This document shows positions 1 to 10,512 of a stretch of DNA of 32,384 nt, piece after piece. Within the stretch, counting starts at the first letter, position 1. Each line of letters begins with the position of its first letter. Source of the stretch: Candidatus Helarchaeota archaeon (GTDB lineage Archaea > Asgardarchaeota > Lokiarchaeia > Helarchaeales > RDOG01); assembly GCA_029838215.1 (NCBI GenBank), contig JALGVI010000031.1, positions 1 through 32,384 on the forward strand, read 5' to 3'. The notes beneath the pieces are model-generated. The model was not told the origin of the DNA. It saw only the letters and a list, made by a program, of their open reading frames with translations, and searched no databases. A program made the translations under genes and the position numbers.

Positions 1-504
1 CAAAAAAAACAATTAATACGAAAAAGATACGAGCGAAGCAAAGATCGAGTAACGGAAGAAGAAAAAAGAGAAATTTTAAGGTTAGAAAAAGATGAACAAG
101 GTTCTGGAATAGAAAAACCGTCAGAAATGTATACCATCACCTTTTTGATGTTTGTTGCCCTCATTATCTTGCCATTGCCTTCACTCATTCTCTCAATTAT
201 TTACAGTTTCATCTTGCTGGAACCCCTTTTTACAAATGAGCTTGTTTACATGGCAATCCGCATTATCTTGATGACCGCATTCACGTATGGATTCTTTTTC
301 AGGTTGGCAAAATGGGGCTACTATGGAATGGTCGGACTTTCGATTTTGGGCATCATTTTAAATCTCGCTTCACTTTGGGCAATTCTTGCAATATTTAATA
401 TAATTTGGAATCTAATCGGGATCGGTCTGAATTTATTCGCTTTCATCATTCTAATCGGAAATCCTGATACAAAAGAAATATTCCTAAAAGAAAAAACAAT
501 TTAA
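1..504 (+). CDS. Membrane protein, 5'-truncated (charged N-terminal part plus about 4 TM helices)
   Basis: The frame of the 127..504 ORF is open back to base 1 (QKKQLIRKRYERSKDRVTEEEKREILRLEK...), so the gene starts outside the window. The C-terminal 125 aa are hydrophobic. Confidence 0.75.
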   Translation, partial: QKKQLIRKRYERSKDRVTEEEKREILRLEKDEQGSGIEKPSEMYTITFLMFVALIILPLPSLILSIIYSFILLEPLFTNELVYMAIRIILMTAFTYGFFFRLAKWGYYGMVGLSILGIILNLASLWAILAIFNIIWNLIGIGLNLFAFIILIGNPDTKEIFLKEKTI

Positions 505-668
505 GATTACCAGAAATATTCCATGAAGCAAATCTTTGTTTTTAGCAAATTCTAACGTGGATTCGTAATTCTAAGAATAAAAGATTTATATCGAAATGGA
601 ATCGTTGAACAAAAAATAATGTCAAGATTGAAGGGAAAAAACACGAAACAATAAGGAGGCACAGGTAA

Positions 669-1247
669 ATGGGTGATAATAAAGAAGAAGCAGAAAAACA
701 AGAAAAAAAAGGCAAAATACCCAAATTTATTTTCGAATGCCAAGAATGTCATGAATGTTGTTCACGAGATTTTCAAGTATATTACCAAGATCTTGAGCGT
801 TGGACTCGAGACCAGACATTGGGGCGCGTGCTTCCTCATCTGGAGCTGAGCATGGATAACATGGCATTACAAATGCGATTCAGAAAGACCGATGAAGGAA
901 AATGTCCATTCTTGATCGAAAATCAGTGCATGTTGAATTATTCAAAACCCATCAGTTGTGAGAGCGTTCCCCTTGGATTTAACGGTTCTAATTACATCAT
1001 AACATTCAAAAAATGTAAGGGAAGAAATAAAGGCGGACCTCTTAACAAGGAACAACTGAAGGAGATCAGGGATCGAGCAAAACGCGACTATGAATGTAGG
1101 CTTCTAACAGCTAGCACGCTACCAATAATCCAAATATTATTGGTTCAGATGATGCAAAAACAAAACGAAGAAATGATGAAAAACCTAAGTCCAGAAGACC
1201 GACAAAAAATAGAGGAAATACTTGGTGAAAAGGAAAAAGCAAGTTGA
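669..1247 (+). CDS. YkgJ-family (CxxCxxCC) Fe-S/zinc cysteine-cluster protein
   Basis: FECQECHECC at the N-terminus, later CPFL..NQC and KPISC. AGGAGG SD-like site about 10 nt upstream. Confidence 0.8.
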   Translation: MGDNKEEAEKQEKKGKIPKFIFECQECHECCSRDFQVYYQDLERWTRDQTLGRVLPHLELSMDNMALQMRFRKTDEGKCPFLIENQCMLNYSKPISCESVPLGFNGSNYIITFKKCKGRNKGGPLNKEQLKEIRDRAKRDYECRLLTASTLPIIQILLVQMMQKQNEEMMKNLSPEDRQKIEEILGEKEKAS

Positions 1248-1359
1248 ATTTGAATCAAATTTAAAAATTTTTATTTCCTTTTCTCATACAAGGATTAAAT
1301 GGTTATTGCAGATCATCATGAAACTGAAAAATTTCTTGAATTTGGAGTAGAAAATCACT

Positions 1360-1926
1360 TTGAATGAAGATATTGATGAAAAATATACCTTGAAGATCGT
1401 GCTTGTTGGAGATTATGCTGTTGGAAAAACCAGCCTGATTCAACAATTCATAGAAAAATCTTTCCGAAGAGATTATCGCCCAACTTTAGGTGCGGACATC
1501 TCTTTATTTGACATCGAGTTAGAAGCAAAGCATGAAAAAACACAGGTTCGGTTAATGCTCTGGGATATCGCAGGTCAGCATCAATGGCACACGGTTCGTA
1601 AGAGATACTATCAAGGAAGTCATGGCATTATTTTGATATATGACATCACGCGAGCCCCAACATTTTACAATATCGAGGGAAAATGGCTTGACGAACTCGA
1701 AGAATATTGTTACAAGACGGCAGAACAAAAACCCCCCATCATACTGGCGGGAAATAAGGTCGATCTTAAAGACATCGCAAAGATTAGTGCCGAGAAAGGT
1801 GATAAATTAAAAAATAAATATGACAACATCATCGAACATATCCAAACATCCGCAAGAACTGGAGAAAATGTAAAAGAAGCCTTTATTCGACTCGCAAGAA
1901 TGGTCATAGATACTAAAGACGAATGA
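1360..1926 (+). CDS. Rab/Ras-like small GTPase
   Basis: G1 GDYAVGKTS, G2 RPTLG, G3 WDIAGQ, G4 NKVD, G5 TSAR. TTG start. Confidence 0.93.
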   Translation: MNEDIDEKYTLKIVLVGDYAVGKTSLIQQFIEKSFRRDYRPTLGADISLFDIELEAKHEKTQVRLMLWDIAGQHQWHTVRKRYYQGSHGIILIYDITRAPTFYNIEGKWLDELEEYCYKTAEQKPPIILAGNKVDLKDIAKISAEKGDKLKNKYDNIIEHIQTSARTGENVKEAFIRLARMVIDTKDE

Positions 1927-1974
1927 AATGAGAATAAAGAAGATTAAAATACCGAATTTTAATTGATTTTTCAA

Positions 1975-2919
1975 ATGGACGATTTTATTTTTATTCAAGC
2001 CAATAATCCCATGTGGCCAGCATCCGCGAACATTTTTGCCATCAAGGACGATGATGGATGGATTCTCATCGATGTAGGATGCGGATTGCGCAAATTTACA
2101 AAGCTCTTTTTTAAAAAACTCGAACAACTCAACTTGAACATCAAGAACGTTCACACGATTTTAATCACGCATGCTCATCCAGATCACATGGGTGCAATGA
2201 AAGCCGTTTTGAAAAAAATTAATCCCAAAATCATCATCAATGAAATCGAAAAAGATAGCGCACTGAACATTGATTTGCTCAATAAATCGTTTAGCATTGA
2301 CGTGATGGAAGCATATTTTAAATCCAATCTATTTGAGTCACCTGTAATAATGCCTGACGGACCATTTGATATAAATAAATTCTTTCAATTCATTTGTTCA
2401 ATGTCCCAGCTTCCCGCAGACATCGAAATACAAACAATCAAAGATGATGAAATTATCTGTTTAGGCGAATACAAATTTAGAGTCCTGACAACACCCGGTC
2501 ATGCTCCAGGTCATACGTCTCTTCATGAAGTAAATCATCAATTTCTCTTGTCAGGCGATATCATTGGAGAGAAAGGAGTCACGTGGTATAGTCCGGGCTC
2601 GGGTGGAAGCAAGAGTTTGCTCTCAAGCTTGGATAGAATTGAAAAACTCCCCGTTAAATCTGTTTTTCCTTCACATGGAAATAAATTTGAGAATTGCAAG
2701 CAAAGAATCAAGGAAATTCGCCATAAAATCTTGCAACGAAATGAACTCATCTTGGAAGAACTCGAAAAGGGCCCAAAAACCCTTCAAAACCTGGTGAAGA
2801 GCCTCTTCGGCTCGACAGGCACTAAACTAATCGGTGTCGTCATTGTTGAAAGTCATCTCAGGGAGCTTGAAAGGACGGGTTTAATTGAAAGATCGGACAA
2901 TTTGATAAAAAAAATATAG
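1975..2919 (+). CDS. Metallo-beta-lactamase-fold hydrolase with C-terminal winged-helix-like domain
   Basis: THAHPDH (HxHxDH), GHAPGH, SGD and PSHG motifs. The C-terminal ...ESHLRELERTGLIER helix is typical. ATG at 1975; the ORF extends to a TTG at 1963. Confidence 0.88.
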   Translation: MDDFIFIQANNPMWPASANIFAIKDDDGWILIDVGCGLRKFTKLFFKKLEQLNLNIKNVHTILITHAHPDHMGAMKAVLKKINPKIIINEIEKDSALNIDLLNKSFSIDVMEAYFKSNLFESPVIMPDGPFDINKFFQFICSMSQLPADIEIQTIKDDEIICLGEYKFRVLTTPGHAPGHTSLHEVNHQFLLSGDIIGEKGVTWYSPGSGGSKSLLSSLDRIEKLPVKSVFPSHGNKFENCKQRIKEIRHKILQRNELILEELEKGPKTLQNLVKSLFGSTGTKLIGVVIVESHLRELERTGLIERSDNLIKKI

Positions 2920-2942
2920 AAAAATTTGTTTATTTGTTGCAT

Positions 2943-5006
2943 TCAGGCGTATGGCATGAACAATTTTCCAGCGATAAACAAGGTCATTAATAATGCGTTG
3001 AAAATGGTCGTGCTCAGAATATTACGCGTTCTTTGGTAGATATAGGCAGAAGCAATTCCGGTAAGGAAGAATAGGAAAATCAGACCTCCGAAAATGGCAA
3101 TCATGAGATGCGGTGCAGAAAGGAATAATCCCCCGATCATGAATAGTAAATTAAATCCGAATCCAATACCAATACTCACGCCACTTAAAGCCCCAGAGAT
3201 GAGCACAGTCTTCCATTGTTTGAGCTTTCTGGCATTTGTTTTTTCAATTTTCGACTGAAATAGCCCGCGAAATATTAATTCAATTCCGAAATTCAAGAGA
3301 AAGAATACTCCAAACAAGAAAATAAAATCAATCCATGCCATTGAATCAAACGGTCGTGGCAATAGAATGGGGACTTGGAATAACCAACCCACGAGATCAA
3401 ACACGAACACGCATGCTAATATCGCCAAAACGGGAATTAGAAGACTTTTTAGATTATTTGAGATCGTGCCATTAATTCCAATATCCTGAGATTTAAAACC
3501 ATAACGTTTGACTTCAATGTAGCATAAGATTATTGAGAACGGTAATAGAACGATACCGGAAATGAAAAATCTCGGAATTAGCAAGTCCACTATCCAGAAA
3601 TGCGTGAGAGATGGAAGTTGAATCAACCCTGAAAGTGAAATGCTCACCGCAGGAACCGCAATATAAAGTAAAATTTTCTTTTTTTGCACGAATCCTTGAT
3701 TCATAACCTTACTGGGAAGAATTGGCTTTGGACCAAGCCTGGACGTGCTCAAATAGGAGAAAAGAGGCAAAATGCAACCAATAGCTCCTAATAAAATTAA
3801 AGCCCATCCGATCATCTTGATTAAAAATGGGACATTTGCAAGGATAGAAACATTCGAATCAATTCCAACGCACTCCATTGACTCATCGAACCACGTTACT
3901 GTCGTTTGCAAGCAAGTATACGAAAATGCTTCCATCAAGTGTTCGATACCGGGAACTAAAACGAAACGGCGTGCGGAACCATTCGAAATCGTGCCATAAT
4001 TCCATGCATGATTAGGTGCATGAATCACGGTATCATAAATCGATTGCCACGATACTTCAGGAGTCCCACTGGAATTTATTGTCGAGTTAGCCATTAGATA
4101 ACTTTGAGCTTCAATTGTCGTTAACTCATCAAGGCTCCCCGTGACCAAGCAAAAATTGGGAATGTTCGAATTGTTGATGTAATTGGAGACAGACCTAATC
4201 CGAACCTCCTCTTCCAATATCGAGGAATCGTAATTTGAAAGCCATCTCCAATAATTTAAAAGATTTAAAATAACGGGATGATTCCACACGTCAGAAACAC
4301 CTAAAAGATCCGACATTAGACCGCCAGCCATTGTCGACAAGTCATCCCAACAATAAATTGCACAATAAGATCTAATCAGACCTCCTGTACCGATCTTCCG
4401 ACCTGTATTCGGATTTGTCCAGTTATCAAATATTCCCGACCGGGTTGTTACAATTCCTCCCATGCTGTGACCTGATACACCAATCCGTGTTGTATCAATA
4501 ATGCTCTTATATGGCGAAGAATTGACGAGCCAGTCTACCGTAGAATAAACACCGGCAATAGCCTGTATGCCCATGTCCCACAGCCCACTTGACCATCCAT
4601 GCCCGGGTTGACTAATTGCTATGGCTATAAACCCGCTTTTTGCAAATTGTCGTGCATAATTTATCTGTAATTCAGCACAAGCACCAAATCCATGCATCCA
4701 TATGATCACGGGATAACCTGCTGACGGTTTGGGTGTTCTTGGAAGGATAACATAACCTCGCACCCAATAGTCCTCAAGCAATTTATTCTGAGCATCTTCT
4801 CGAGCCGTGACTACGGTTCGATTGAAAAAACTGTTTAATTCGATGGTATAACGGGACGACGTTGGAAATTGGATGGGAATGGGTAAATTTTCATCAATAG
4901 AGAAAGTGCCAAGAACAAGGAATAGAGTACCAACAACGAAAGTAATGCAAAAAACAATAAATAGGAATTTCCTATTAATCACGCGTTTTAATATCCCCAA
5001 AATCAA
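2943..5006 (-). CDS. Membrane-anchored alpha/beta hydrolase fused to a multi-TM domain with degenerate CPBP/Abi (CAAX protease-like) motifs
   Basis: N-terminal TM anchor, HGFG oxyanion motif, GHSMGG nucleophile elbow, candidate Asp (GSLDE) and His (GIEH). The C-terminal TM region has IELIFRG and YQRTRN..TTIFN. Confidence 0.8.
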   Translation of the reverse strand: MILGILKRVINRKFLFIVFCITFVVGTLFLVLGTFSIDENLPIPIQFPTSSRYTIELNSFFNRTVVTAREDAQNKLLEDYWVRGYVILPRTPKPSAGYPVIIWMHGFGACAELQINYARQFAKSGFIAIAISQPGHGWSSGLWDMGIQAIAGVYSTVDWLVNSSPYKSIIDTTRIGVSGHSMGGIVTTRSGIFDNWTNPNTGRKIGTGGLIRSYCAIYCWDDLSTMAGGLMSDLLGVSDVWNHPVILNLLNYWRWLSNYDSSILEEEVRIRSVSNYINNSNIPNFCLVTGSLDELTTIEAQSYLMANSTINSSGTPEVSWQSIYDTVIHAPNHAWNYGTISNGSARRFVLVPGIEHLMEAFSYTCLQTTVTWFDESMECVGIDSNVSILANVPFLIKMIGWALILLGAIGCILPLFSYLSTSRLGPKPILPSKVMNQGFVQKKKILLYIAVPAVSISLSGLIQLPSLTHFWIVDLLIPRFFISGIVLLPFSIILCYIEVKRYGFKSQDIGINGTISNNLKSLLIPVLAILACVFVFDLVGWLFQVPILLPRPFDSMAWIDFIFLFGVFFLLNFGIELIFRGLFQSKIEKTNARKLKQWKTVLISGALSGVSIGIGFGFNLLFMIGGLFLSAPHLMIAIFGGLIFLFFLTGIASAYIYQRTRNILSTTIFNALLMTLFIAGKLFMPYA

Positions 5007-5151
5007 TTTTAATCATCCTCATCATCAAATTTTCGATCTTATTCATAAATCTTTTGACAAAAAATTATAAAAACAGTGAAGACGAAAGGAATTAATGCAT
5101 AAGTCTATTGACGAATTTCACATCCTAAACTAAAGGAGAGCGTGAAGAAAA

Positions 5152-5694
5152 ATGGATTCGCCCGGTCGTTATAATTTTAAGGTCTGTGTCGTTGGTGACT
5201 GGAGTGTTGGAAAAACATCTCTCATCCAAAAATTCGCTCATGACGTGTTCATAAAAGATTACAAGCCAACAATGGGCACGGATATCGTGGTGAAAGATCT
5301 TTACTTGGATGATGGTTCTTCGGTCAATTTCATGATATGGGATATTGCAGGACAACAAAAATGGGAAAATGTTCGAAAACGATATTATGCTGGATGTTCA
5401 GGAATTTTTATAGTCTACGATTCGACCCGCTTCACAACCTTCCAAAATGTAAAACAAAAATGGTTTGTTGAAGTCCAAGATTTCGTTGAAAAAAATATTC
5501 CAATCATGATTGTTGGAAACAAGAGCGATTTGGAGGATATCAGAAAAGTCAAAACGGAAGATTTGAAAAAATTACAGGAAGAAATAGGGGCAATTTCCTC
5601 CATCGAAACCTCCGCAAAAACGGGTGAAAACGTTGCAGATATGTTCAAAGAATTGGGCTCATTTTTGGTGAAAATAAAACACGCACCAGGTTAA
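5152..5694 (+). CDS. Rab/Ras-like small GTPase
   Basis: GDWSVGKTS, KPTMG, WDIAGQ, NKSD, TSAK. Its stop overlaps the carB stop at TTAA 5691-5694. Confidence 0.93.
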   Translation: MDSPGRYNFKVCVVGDWSVGKTSLIQKFAHDVFIKDYKPTMGTDIVVKDLYLDDGSSVNFMIWDIAGQQKWENVRKRYYAGCSGIFIVYDSTRFTTFQNVKQKWFVEVQDFVEKNIPIMIVGNKSDLEDIRKVKTEDLKKLQEEIGAISSIETSAKTGENVADMFKELGSFLVKIKHAPG

Positions 5695-8600
5695 TCCTTG
5701 AATCCATATGTCCATTCAAGTCGATCCATGTATTCATTTAGTGATGTTATCGAAAATTCTTTTTTCTGTGCTCTAGCAATGGCATCTACGATGGCATTTG
5801 CCAGTTCTAAATTTGTAATGACCGGAATGTTGAATTCTACAGCCATTCGCCTGATGTCATATTCGTCCTTAATGGCACTTATGTATTTTTCCATTGTTAT
5901 TGTCATGGGTATGTTTATGATTAAATCGATATCTTTTTCAACAATATAATCCCTGATGTTTGGCTTTCGCGGTTCTGATATCTTGTAAAGGGTTTTTGCT
6001 TCGATTCCATTCAATACGAAAAAATTTGCAGTATCTTCCGTTCCGTAGATGTTAAAACCAATATTTTTTAATTTTCGAGCAATAGGTAACATCGCCTGCT
6101 TTAATTCGATTCCACCAACCGTTATGAGAATGTTACCTTCGTGAATTGGTACATCAAGATCCGTTGCAATCAAGCCCTTCAGGAATGCTTCGTGAAAATC
6201 TTCACCATAGCAGGCCACTTCACCCGTCGAAACCATTTCCACGCCCAGAACAGGATCGGCTCCAAATAATCGCATGAATGAAAACATCGGAACCTTCACG
6301 CCCCAGAAATCAATGCCCGAGTGCGGTTTCGCAGACAATCCCACGATTTCTCTAATGCTCTTGCCAAGCATGACGGAAGCCGCAATCACCATTAAATTCA
6401 CGCCCTTTGTCTTGGAAACGAAAGGCATCGACCTGGAAGATCTCAGATTACATTCGATAACATATATCTCATCATCCTTCACGATGAATTGTATGTTAAA
6501 AGGACCCTTAATTTGCAAGGCTCGTGCTATGGCTTTTGCATTTTTTCGAATCCTGTTGTTAATTGGAATGGATAATGTAAAAGAGGGAATTGCCATCGTA
6601 GCATCACCTGAATGAACGCCTGCATTTTCCACGTGTTCCATCACGCCACCTATGATCACGTCCTGACCATCACTTACTCCATCCACGTCAACCTCACGAG
6701 CATTTTCAATATACTTGCTGATGACAACGGGATAATCCTTCGATAGTTTCGCAGCCGCAAGGAGATAATCTTCAAGCTGCTCTTCATTGTAAGCAACTTT
6801 CATTGCGGCGCCGGATAATACGTAAGAGGGTCGAATCAAGATGGGATATTCCACTTTTTCAGCAAAAATTTTCGCTTCTTCCAGCGTGCTTAAAGCACTC
6901 CATTTAGGCTGTTTTATTCCCAAGTGATCGAGTAACTGACTGAATTTCGACCGATCTTCTGCTCGATCAATGTGTCGTCCTTTCGTACCGATCATGTTCA
7001 CTTTTCCTGTCCGATAATATTGCTGAACCCTGGAAAGTTTTGGAGCAAGGTTATTTGAAATCTGACCCCCAACGGAGACTACGATTCCATAGGGATTCTC
7101 CTTTTCATAAATATCAAGAACACGTTCAAGACTAATTTCCTCAAAGTAAAGCTTGTCGCTGATATCGTAATCCGTTGATACAGTTTCGGGATTGAAATTG
7201 ATGAGAATGACTTCTTTTATTCCTAACTTTTTAAAAGCCCAAACTAAATTGACAGTACCCCAATCAAACTCCACGCTACTCCCGATCCGATAAGTGCCGC
7301 TCCCAAGAACGATGATCTTTTCAGGTCCGGTTAGGCCAGAAGGTTCATAGTGCAGATCATCGTAATTTCCACCATAGGTCGCATAAAGATAATTCGTTTG
7401 AGCGGGCCACTCGGCAGCCAGCGTATCGATTTGTTTTATTACAGGAGTAATGCCATGCTTGGTCCGAAGTCGCCTTATCACGTTGTCCTCGACATTTAAA
7501 CAAATTGCAATTTGTTGATCGGAAAAACCATATAATTTTGCTTCGGCAATGATTTCTGCTAATTCATTCGGATCAGAAACAGCACTAAGTGTTCTCAAGC
7601 GGGTTTCGATTTGTATTATGTTTTCAATTTTATACAAAAACCACCTGTCGATGCCCGTGAGCTGATAAATGTCTTCTATTGTAAGACCCTTCTTCATTGC
7701 TGTTACGATTTCAAAAAACCGTTCATCAGTGGGTTGTTTTAATGCATCTTTTACTTCTTCAAGAGAAACATCAAGATTTTCCCCATTATTGCATACGAGT
7801 CCGTTTTTACCAATTTCCAACATCCGAATTGCTTTTTGGAATGCCTCTTCAAAATTCCGCCCTATTGCCATGACTTCTCCTACGCTTTTCATCTGTGGAC
7901 CTATTCGACGACTCACTTGTCCCGTGAATTTCTGTAAGTCCCAACGAGGAATCTTCACGACTAAATAATCTAATGCAGGTTCAAAACACGCCGTGGTGAC
8001 ATTAGTGACCTTGTTAATTAGTTCTGGGAGCGTATAACCCAATGCAAGTTTCGCCGCAATATATGCTAATGGATAGCCGGTGGCCTTTGAAGCCAGTGCA
8101 GATGATCTTGATAGCCGAGCGTTCACTTCAATAGCCCTAAATTCCACTTCTTCCGATTCTCTTGCATAAAGCGCATATTGTATGTTACACTCTCCAATAA
8201 TTCCTAATTGGCGAATTACTCTAATAGATGCTTCACGTAGCACGTGATATTCCTTATTAGTAAGAGTCTGCGAAGGGGCAATAACAATAGAGTCGCCAGT
8301 ATGAATGCCCATTGGATCGAAATTCTCCATGTTACAAACGGTAATGCAGTTATCATTCATGTCACGAACTACTTCGTATTCAATTTCTTTCCAATTCGGG
8401 ACATCCAAATATTCTTCGATGAGCACCTGGTGAATCATGCTTTGTGTTAGACTCGAACCCACTAACTTTCGTAATTCTTCCTCATCGCGTGCCACACCAG
8501 ATCCTTTTCCACCTAAAGTGTAAGCAACACGGACGATAATGGGATAACCAATTTCTTCATTTGCAATCTTGATGGCTTCTTCTAAAGTTGTTGCAATTTT

Positions 8601-9038
8601 ACTTCTTGCAATTTTCACACCGGCTTTTAACATGACTTGCCTGAACAGTTCCCGATCTTCGGTATCCTCAATTGCCTTGATAGGCGTGCCCAAAACTTTA
8701 ACGCCATATTTTTCATAAATACCTTGCCTTGCCAATTCTACACCAACGTTGAGTGCAGTTTGTCCGCCAAATGCAAGCAAGATGGCATCGGGCTGTTCCT
8801 TTTTTATTACTTCCTCGACAAAATAAGGTGTGATTGGAAGTAAATAGACAATATCTGCCAATCTAGGGTCAGTCTGAATGGTTGCAACATTTGGGTTGAT
8901 TAAAATGGTTTCGATTCCTTCTTCCCTAATGGCTTTAACGCATTGACTTCCAGAGTAATCGAACTCACCAGCCTGACCGATTCGGATCGCACCAGACCCC
9001 AATACAAGGACTTTTTTGATGTCGGTCATTAACGGCAT
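5691..9038 (-). CDS. carB: Carbamoyl-phosphate synthase large subunit
   Basis: LGSGAIRIGQAGEFDYSG start, duplicated ATP-grasp halves (ENFDPMGIHTGDS, EHVENAGVHSGD), C-terminal MGS-like domain, 1115 aa. Confidence 0.98.
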   Translation of the reverse strand: MPLMTDIKKVLVLGSGAIRIGQAGEFDYSGSQCVKAIREEGIETILINPNVATIQTDPRLADIVYLLPITPYFVEEVIKKEQPDAILLAFGGQTALNVGVELARQGIYEKYGVKVLGTPIKAIEDTEDRELFRQVMLKAGVKIARSKIATTLEEAIKIANEEIGYPIIVRVAYTLGGKGSGVARDEEELRKLVGSSLTQSMIHQVLIEEYLDVPNWKEIEYEVVRDMNDNCITVCNMENFDPMGIHTGDSIVIAPSQTLTNKEYHVLREASIRVIRQLGIIGECNIQYALYARESEEVEFRAIEVNARLSRSSALASKATGYPLAYIAAKLALGYTLPELINKVTNVTTACFEPALDYLVVKIPRWDLQKFTGQVSRRIGPQMKSVGEVMAIGRNFEEAFQKAIRMLEIGKNGLVCNNGENLDVSLEEVKDALKQPTDERFFEIVTAMKKGLTIEDIYQLTGIDRWFLYKIENIIQIETRLRTLSAVSDPNELAEIIAEAKLYGFSDQQIAICLNVEDNVIRRLRTKHGITPVIKQIDTLAAEWPAQTNYLYATYGGNYDDLHYEPSGLTGPEKIIVLGSGTYRIGSSVEFDWGTVNLVWAFKKLGIKEVILINFNPETVSTDYDISDKLYFEEISLERVLDIYEKENPYGIVVSVGGQISNNLAPKLSRVQQYYRTGKVNMIGTKGRHIDRAEDRSKFSQLLDHLGIKQPKWSALSTLEEAKIFAEKVEYPILIRPSYVLSGAAMKVAYNEEQLEDYLLAAAKLSKDYPVVISKYIENAREVDVDGVSDGQDVIIGGVMEHVENAGVHSGDATMAIPSFTLSIPINNRIRKNAKAIARALQIKGPFNIQFIVKDDEIYVIECNLRSSRSMPFVSKTKGVNLMVIAASVMLGKSIREIVGLSAKPHSGIDFWGVKVPMFSFMRLFGADPVLGVEMVSTGEVACYGEDFHEAFLKGLIATDLDVPIHEGNILITVGGIELKQAMLPIARKLKNIGFNIYGTEDTANFFVLNGIEAKTLYKISEPRKPNIRDYIVEKDIDLIINIPMTITMEKYISAIKDEYDIRRMAVEFNIPVITNLELANAIVDAIARAQKKEFSITSLNEYMDRLEWTYGFKD

Positions 9039-10228
9039 CAGGACCCTCCTTTCAATATTTTGATATATTCATCCAAGAGATATTCGGCATCAACGGGTCC
9101 GGGATAATGCTCAGGATGAAATTGAACCGAAAAAGCCTTAAAATCTAAGTGCTTTGTTCCTTCTACCGTCTTGTCATTTGCGTTAAGAAACCATGTCTTC
9201 AACCTCGTGTTCTCCAGCGATTTTGAATCCACTGCAAAACCGTGATTTTGAGTAGTAATATAACAACGACCCGTTTCAAGATCAATACATGGCTGGTTTT
9301 GCGACCTATGACCGTATTTTAGCTTGTAAGTTTTTCCACCCATTGCCAAACTAAACAGTTGATTTCCCAGACAAATCCCCATTAACGGAAGCTTTTCATC
9401 TTCAACCAATATTCGAATGGTTTCAATGGTCTTCAGATATTTGGCAGGATCGCCGGGTCCATTACTTATGAAAAAACCATCAGGATTGTACTCCAAAATT
9501 TCCTCAGCCGAAAAATCATATGGAACTCGAATGATGGTGGCATTTCGTTTCAGAAGATTTCTCAAAATATTTAATTTTAAACCACAATCGATCAAGGCAA
9601 TCCTCGGACCTCCCGTATTTTCATAAACAGCAGGTTCCGAAATGCTTACTTCTTTTCCCAAATCTCTCTCGTTTGGATCTTCCACGTTTTTGGCTTCTCT
9701 TCTTAACTCATCAATGTCAGGTTCATCTCCTTCAGCACAGGTCTGTAAAATCCCTAACATGACACCGTGAATTCTGAGCTTTTTAGTCAATTCCCGAGTG
9801 TCTACGCATTCAATTCCAGGTATGTTTTCTTTCTTCAACCACTCATCCAACGACATCTTGGATTCCCAATGGCTGGGCTTCTTGCAAAGCTCGTGTACAA
9901 CGACCCCTGTAGTTCGAATCATGTCAGGATGTTCCAGTGATGAATATTCCAGTGGAGACCTGTCTGGAGAAATATAATCCGATTCAAAATATTTCAAGAT
10001 GTTCCATTTATCCCTAACATCGGGATCGGGAACACCATAATTACCAATCAAAGGATAAGTAAAAGTAAGAATTTGTCCTTGATAAGATGGGTCAGTCAGG
10101 CTTTCGGGATATCCGACCATTCCAGTATTAAATACAAACTCGCCAGAAACCTTCTGTATGGCACCAAAACTCCGCCCATAAAACACGGTCCCATCCTGCA
10201 GGACAATGGCAGCATTAAATTTTTTCAT
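9038..10228 (-). CDS. carA: Carbamoyl-phosphate synthase small (glutaminase) subunit
   Basis: GEFVFNTGMVGYPESLTDPSY, SNGPGDP, GICLGNQ (catalytic Cys), QFHPE. TGATG overlap with carB. Probable ATG at 10228; the ORF extends to 10273. Confidence 0.97.
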   Translation of the reverse strand: MKKFNAAIVLQDGTVFYGRSFGAIQKVSGEFVFNTGMVGYPESLTDPSYQGQILTFTYPLIGNYGVPDPDVRDKWNILKYFESDYISPDRSPLEYSSLEHPDMIRTTGVVVHELCKKPSHWESKMSLDEWLKKENIPGIECVDTRELTKKLRIHGVMLGILQTCAEGDEPDIDELRREAKNVEDPNERDLGKEVSISEPAVYENTGGPRIALIDCGLKLNILRNLLKRNATIIRVPYDFSAEEILEYNPDGFFISNGPGDPAKYLKTIETIRILVEDEKLPLMGICLGNQLFSLAMGGKTYKLKYGHRSQNQPCIDLETGRCYITTQNHGFAVDSKSLENTRLKTWFLNANDKTVEGTKHLDFKAFSVQFHPEHYPGPVDAEYLLDEYIKILKGGS

Positions 10229-10485
10229 GACAATCACTCTAAAGTTCTGAGCTCTCCTGAATAATCTTCTCATTCACGTTTATTTTTGTCGATTCAACGC
10301 CGTATCGGTTAAATTTTCTTAAAACTTTTAGGAGATAGCTGATATATCTTTCCTTTGGCATTCTTTTATTCAATAAAAAAAGATTCTGTTTTATTTTGAA
10401 AATCGAGAACCATGACTGTTCAAATTAAAACAAAGACAAGAAGAAAAGATATCGAATTTCAAACCAAAAAATCATCATGGAAAAT

Positions 10486-10496
10486 AAAAAAAAAAA
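10486..10496 (-). terminator. Oligo-T tract (T11 on minus strand), probable archaeal terminator of the 43-aa ORF
   Basis: A11 run on the plus strand starting about 17 nt past the TAA at 10513, in a T-rich minus-strand context. Confidence 0.5.
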
Positions 10497-10512
10497 GAAA
10501 ATTGAAGTTTTT

